From an uncultured bacterium (lineage in GTDB: Bacteria; Patescibacteriota; Patescibacteriia; Patescibacteriales; UBA12465): a DNA stretch of 64,000 bases. Position 1 is the first letter of the stretch, and every line of letters begins with the position of its first letter. The stretch spans positions 537,159 through 601,158 of the forward strand of contig OW818634.1 of NCBI GenBank assembly GCA_942492765.1. Reading direction: 5' to 3'. Under the pieces are notes generated by a model. It did not search any database. It saw only the letters and a program-made list of their open reading frames with translations, and had not been told where the DNA came from. Of the stretch, positions 61,832 to 64,000 are shown piece by piece. The position numbers and the translations under genes were made by a program.

Positions 61832-64000
61832 ATGTATATATCGCTTAATTGGCTAAAAGATTACGTCAAGATACCGTCGAAGATCAAGCCGGAAGATATT
61901 GCGACCGAATTAACTAACCACACCGTTGAAGTCGAAGGCTTTATAAATTCGGCCGAACAATTCAATAATGTCGTCGTCGGCAAAGTCTTGGAGGTGTCTA
62001 AGCACCCTAATGCCGATCGTTTGCGTTTGACCGTGGTCGATGTTAAGAAAAAAAATCTGAATATCGTCTGCGGCGCGCCCAATGTGGCCGCTGGCCAGCT
62101 GGTGGCGGTCGCCATGGTCGGAGCGGTTCTCCCTAACGGCTTAGAGATAAAGGAGTCTCTGATCCGGGGCGAGAAATCAGAAGGGATGATCTGCGCCGAA
62201 GATGAATTGGGTCTTGGCAAGAATCATGAAGGCATCATGGTCTTAAGGGATAGCGCTAAGATCGGAGAATCCTTCGCTAAATACCTTAAGGCTGATGATA
62301 TTATTCTGGAAATAGATAACAAGTCATTGTCCAACCGTCCCGACCTTTTGAACCATTACGGCCTAGCTCGCGAATTGTCTGCTATTTTTAGTCTGCCGCT
62401 CAAGCCTTATGAGAAGATGCTCGATCGCAAATGGAAATTCTTGAGCGACAAGGAAAATAAGCTCGAAGTTAAGGTGGCCGCGCCCGACGCCTGCCCGCGC
62501 TATATGGCGGTGGAAGTCAGCCATATTGAAGTAAAAGAATCTCCAGCTTGGCTCAAGGAAAGGTTGGTAGCCGCTAATCAGCGCCCGATAAATAATATTG
62601 TGGACCTAACTAATTATGTCATGTTCGATTGCGGCCAGCCTATGCACGCCTTTGATGCCGCCAAGATCAAGAAGATCGTGGTTCGCCGCGCCGATAAGGA
62701 TGAAACCATAGAAACTCTTGATGAGAAAGAGCGCGTCTTGTCGCCTGACGATCTGGTCATTACCGATGGCCGGCAGGCCGTAGCCCTGGCTGGCGTTATG
62801 GGCGGCCATAATAGCGAGATCAATGCTGAGACAAAGGGGTTAGTCTTAGAGTCAGCTAATTTTTCAGCGGCCAGCGTGCGCAAAACTTCCCAGAAACTAG
62901 GACTGCGCACTGAAGCTTCGGTCCGTTTCGAAAAGGCGCTTGATCCGGCCCTGACCGAACTTGCCCTATTCCGCTTCTTAACTCTCCTGAAAGAGATATG
63001 TCCGAAGATGGAAATAGCTAGCGCCTTGATAGATATAGACAATACGGACAAGAAATCATCGGTTGTTGATTTGGATTTAGAATGGCTGAAGAATAAGATC
63101 GGTCAGGCGATTCCGCGCGCGGAAGTTATCGCTATTCTAGAAAGACTCGGCTTTACGATTGAAGATAGCGGCGATAAGACTATTAAGATAAGCATTCCCT
63201 CTTGGCGCGCGACTAAAGACGTCTCTAATAAAGAAGATATTGCCGAAGAAGTGCTTCGGCTCTATGGTTATGATAATATCGAATCGCATTTGCCGATCCT
63301 GACGATGGATCTTCCTGAAGTCAATGAAGAGCGGAAGATCGAACGCAAGGTCAAGAACGTCCTAAGCCTCAAGAACTCTCTCAATGAAGCTTATAATTAT
63401 TCTTTCGTCGGCGAGGATCAGCTTAAGAAGATGAATATTGAATTCTTCAATTATCTCAAACTAGCTAATCCTCTTTCGGGCATCCAGAATCTTTTGCGCC
63501 AGTCGCTCGCCCCTGGGTTAGCGGGCAATATCAAAGCCAATCAGTTCAAGAGCGAGAAGTTCGGATTCTTCGAAGTCGGCTCCGTTTTCTTCAAGACGGC
63601 CGGAAATTTGAGAAAGGATAATATAGAGGGCAATTTCCTTCCCTATCAAGAAAAGCGTCTCGGTCTGGCCATCACCGGCGAAGAAGACAATTTCAGCAGC
63701 CTGAAAGGTATCATCGACAGCCTGCTAAAGAATCTTTTCAATCAAGGAGCAGAAGCTGAATTCTCGGTTATTGACGGCCTTCCGGGCTGGGCTGACGCTG
63801 CGGCGACAGCCAAAGTCTTGGTGCTGGGGCATGAAGTCGGAATTGTCGGGTCTCTAAGCCGAGAGACTAGGGAAAATATGAATCTCAAGAAAGAGGCTGC
63901 TCTGGCAGAATTAAATTTTAATAAGCTGGTCGAGCTGATACTTAAGCAGCCATCTTTTTCCTTTTCCGAAGCGCCGAAATATCCGGCCGTGATGCGAGAC
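61832..64000 (+). CDS. pheT: Phenylalanine--tRNA ligase beta subunit (3' end outside window)
   Basis: Not in the ORF track because no stop lies in the window. ATG at 61832, open for 723 codons to the window edge. MYISLNWLKDYVKIP..., tRNA-binding domain (VSKHPNADRLRL...VCGAPN), B3/4 and B5 regions. Confidence 0.93.
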   Translation, partial: MYISLNWLKDYVKIPSKIKPEDIATELTNHTVEVEGFINSAEQFNNVVVGKVLEVSKHPNADRLRLTVVDVKKKNLNIVCGAPNVAAGQLVAVAMVGAVLPNGLEIKESLIRGEKSEGMICAEDELGLGKNHEGIMVLRDSAKIGESFAKYLKADDIILEIDNKSLSNRPDLLNHYGLARELSAIFSLPLKPYEKMLDRKWKFLSDKENKLEVKVAAPDACPRYMAVEVSHIEVKESPAWLKERLVAANQRPINNIVDLTNYVMFDCGQPMHAFDAAKIKKIVVRRADKDETIETLDEKERVLSPDDLVITDGRQAVALAGVMGGHNSEINAETKGLVLESANFSAASVRKTSQKLGLRTEASVRFEKALDPALTELALFRFLTLLKEICPKMEIASALIDIDNTDKKSSVVDLDLEWLKNKIGQAIPRAEVIAILERLGFTIEDSGDKTIKISIPSWRATKDVSNKEDIAEEVLRLYGYDNIESHLPILTMDLPEVNEERKIERKVKNVLSLKNSLNEAYNYSFVGEDQLKKMNIEFFNYLKLANPLSGIQNLLRQSLAPGLAGNIKANQFKSEKFGFFEVGSVFFKTAGNLRKDNIEGNFLPYQEKRLGLAITGEEDNFSSLKGIIDSLLKNLFNQGAEAEFSVIDGLPGWADAAATAKVLVLGHEVGIVGSLSRETRENMNLKKEAALAELNFNKLVELILKQPSFSFSEAPKYPAVMRD

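Overview
This 64-kb window looks like the chromosomal replication-origin region of a small-genome bacterium using the standard genetic code. The core is dnaN<-dnaA | rpmH->rnpA->yidD->yidC. Gene content suggests a Patescibacteria/CPR-like lineage, but that is inference by eye, not a database result. The supporting signs are a TrbC/VirB2-like 'T4SS pilin' membrane protein, a bacterial Elp3, an orphan PilT, a membrane pyrophosphatase, Lys-rich tails on S1 and NusA, and many orphan ORFs.

Most of the window is tightly packed housekeeping genes:
- Translation and RNA: rnc, nusB, rpmF, rpsA, smpB plus tmRNA, tig, nusA, valS, pheS, pheT.
- Envelope and sugar metabolism: glmS, a PMM/PGM-family mutase, PBP1A, a flippase, VanW, a DsbA-like protein.
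- Other: ftsH, hppA, gdh, trxA, recQ, glgP, folD, glyA.
- Signalling: two histidine kinases and two receiver-only proteins.
- RNA genes: six tRNAs, namely Gly-GCC, Leu-UAA, His-GUG, Arg-UCU, Val-GAC and an unusual Ile-UAU.

I saw no rRNA, CRISPR array, transposase or integrase. Promoters close to TTGACA-N17-TATAAT and hairpin-plus-U-tract terminators can be read by eye throughout.

The most interesting items are:
1. A structured leader of about 140 nt with mutually exclusive terminator and antiterminator pairings. It sits ahead of a VUT-transporter / CofE-like ligase / glyA / folD operon and may be an unclassified riboswitch or attenuator.
2. A consensus promoter carrying a perfect C5/G5 palindrome ahead of a non-canonical CsoR-family repressor and trxA.
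3. An oriC with a DnaA-trio-like element.
4. tRNA-Ile(UAU) together with a bacterial Elp3.
5. A seven-gene orphan cluster bracketed by paralogous mini-proteins.
6. tRNA 3'-end fragments flanking a GC-poor cupin gene.

All functional calls rest on motifs recognised by eye in the translations. No searches were run.
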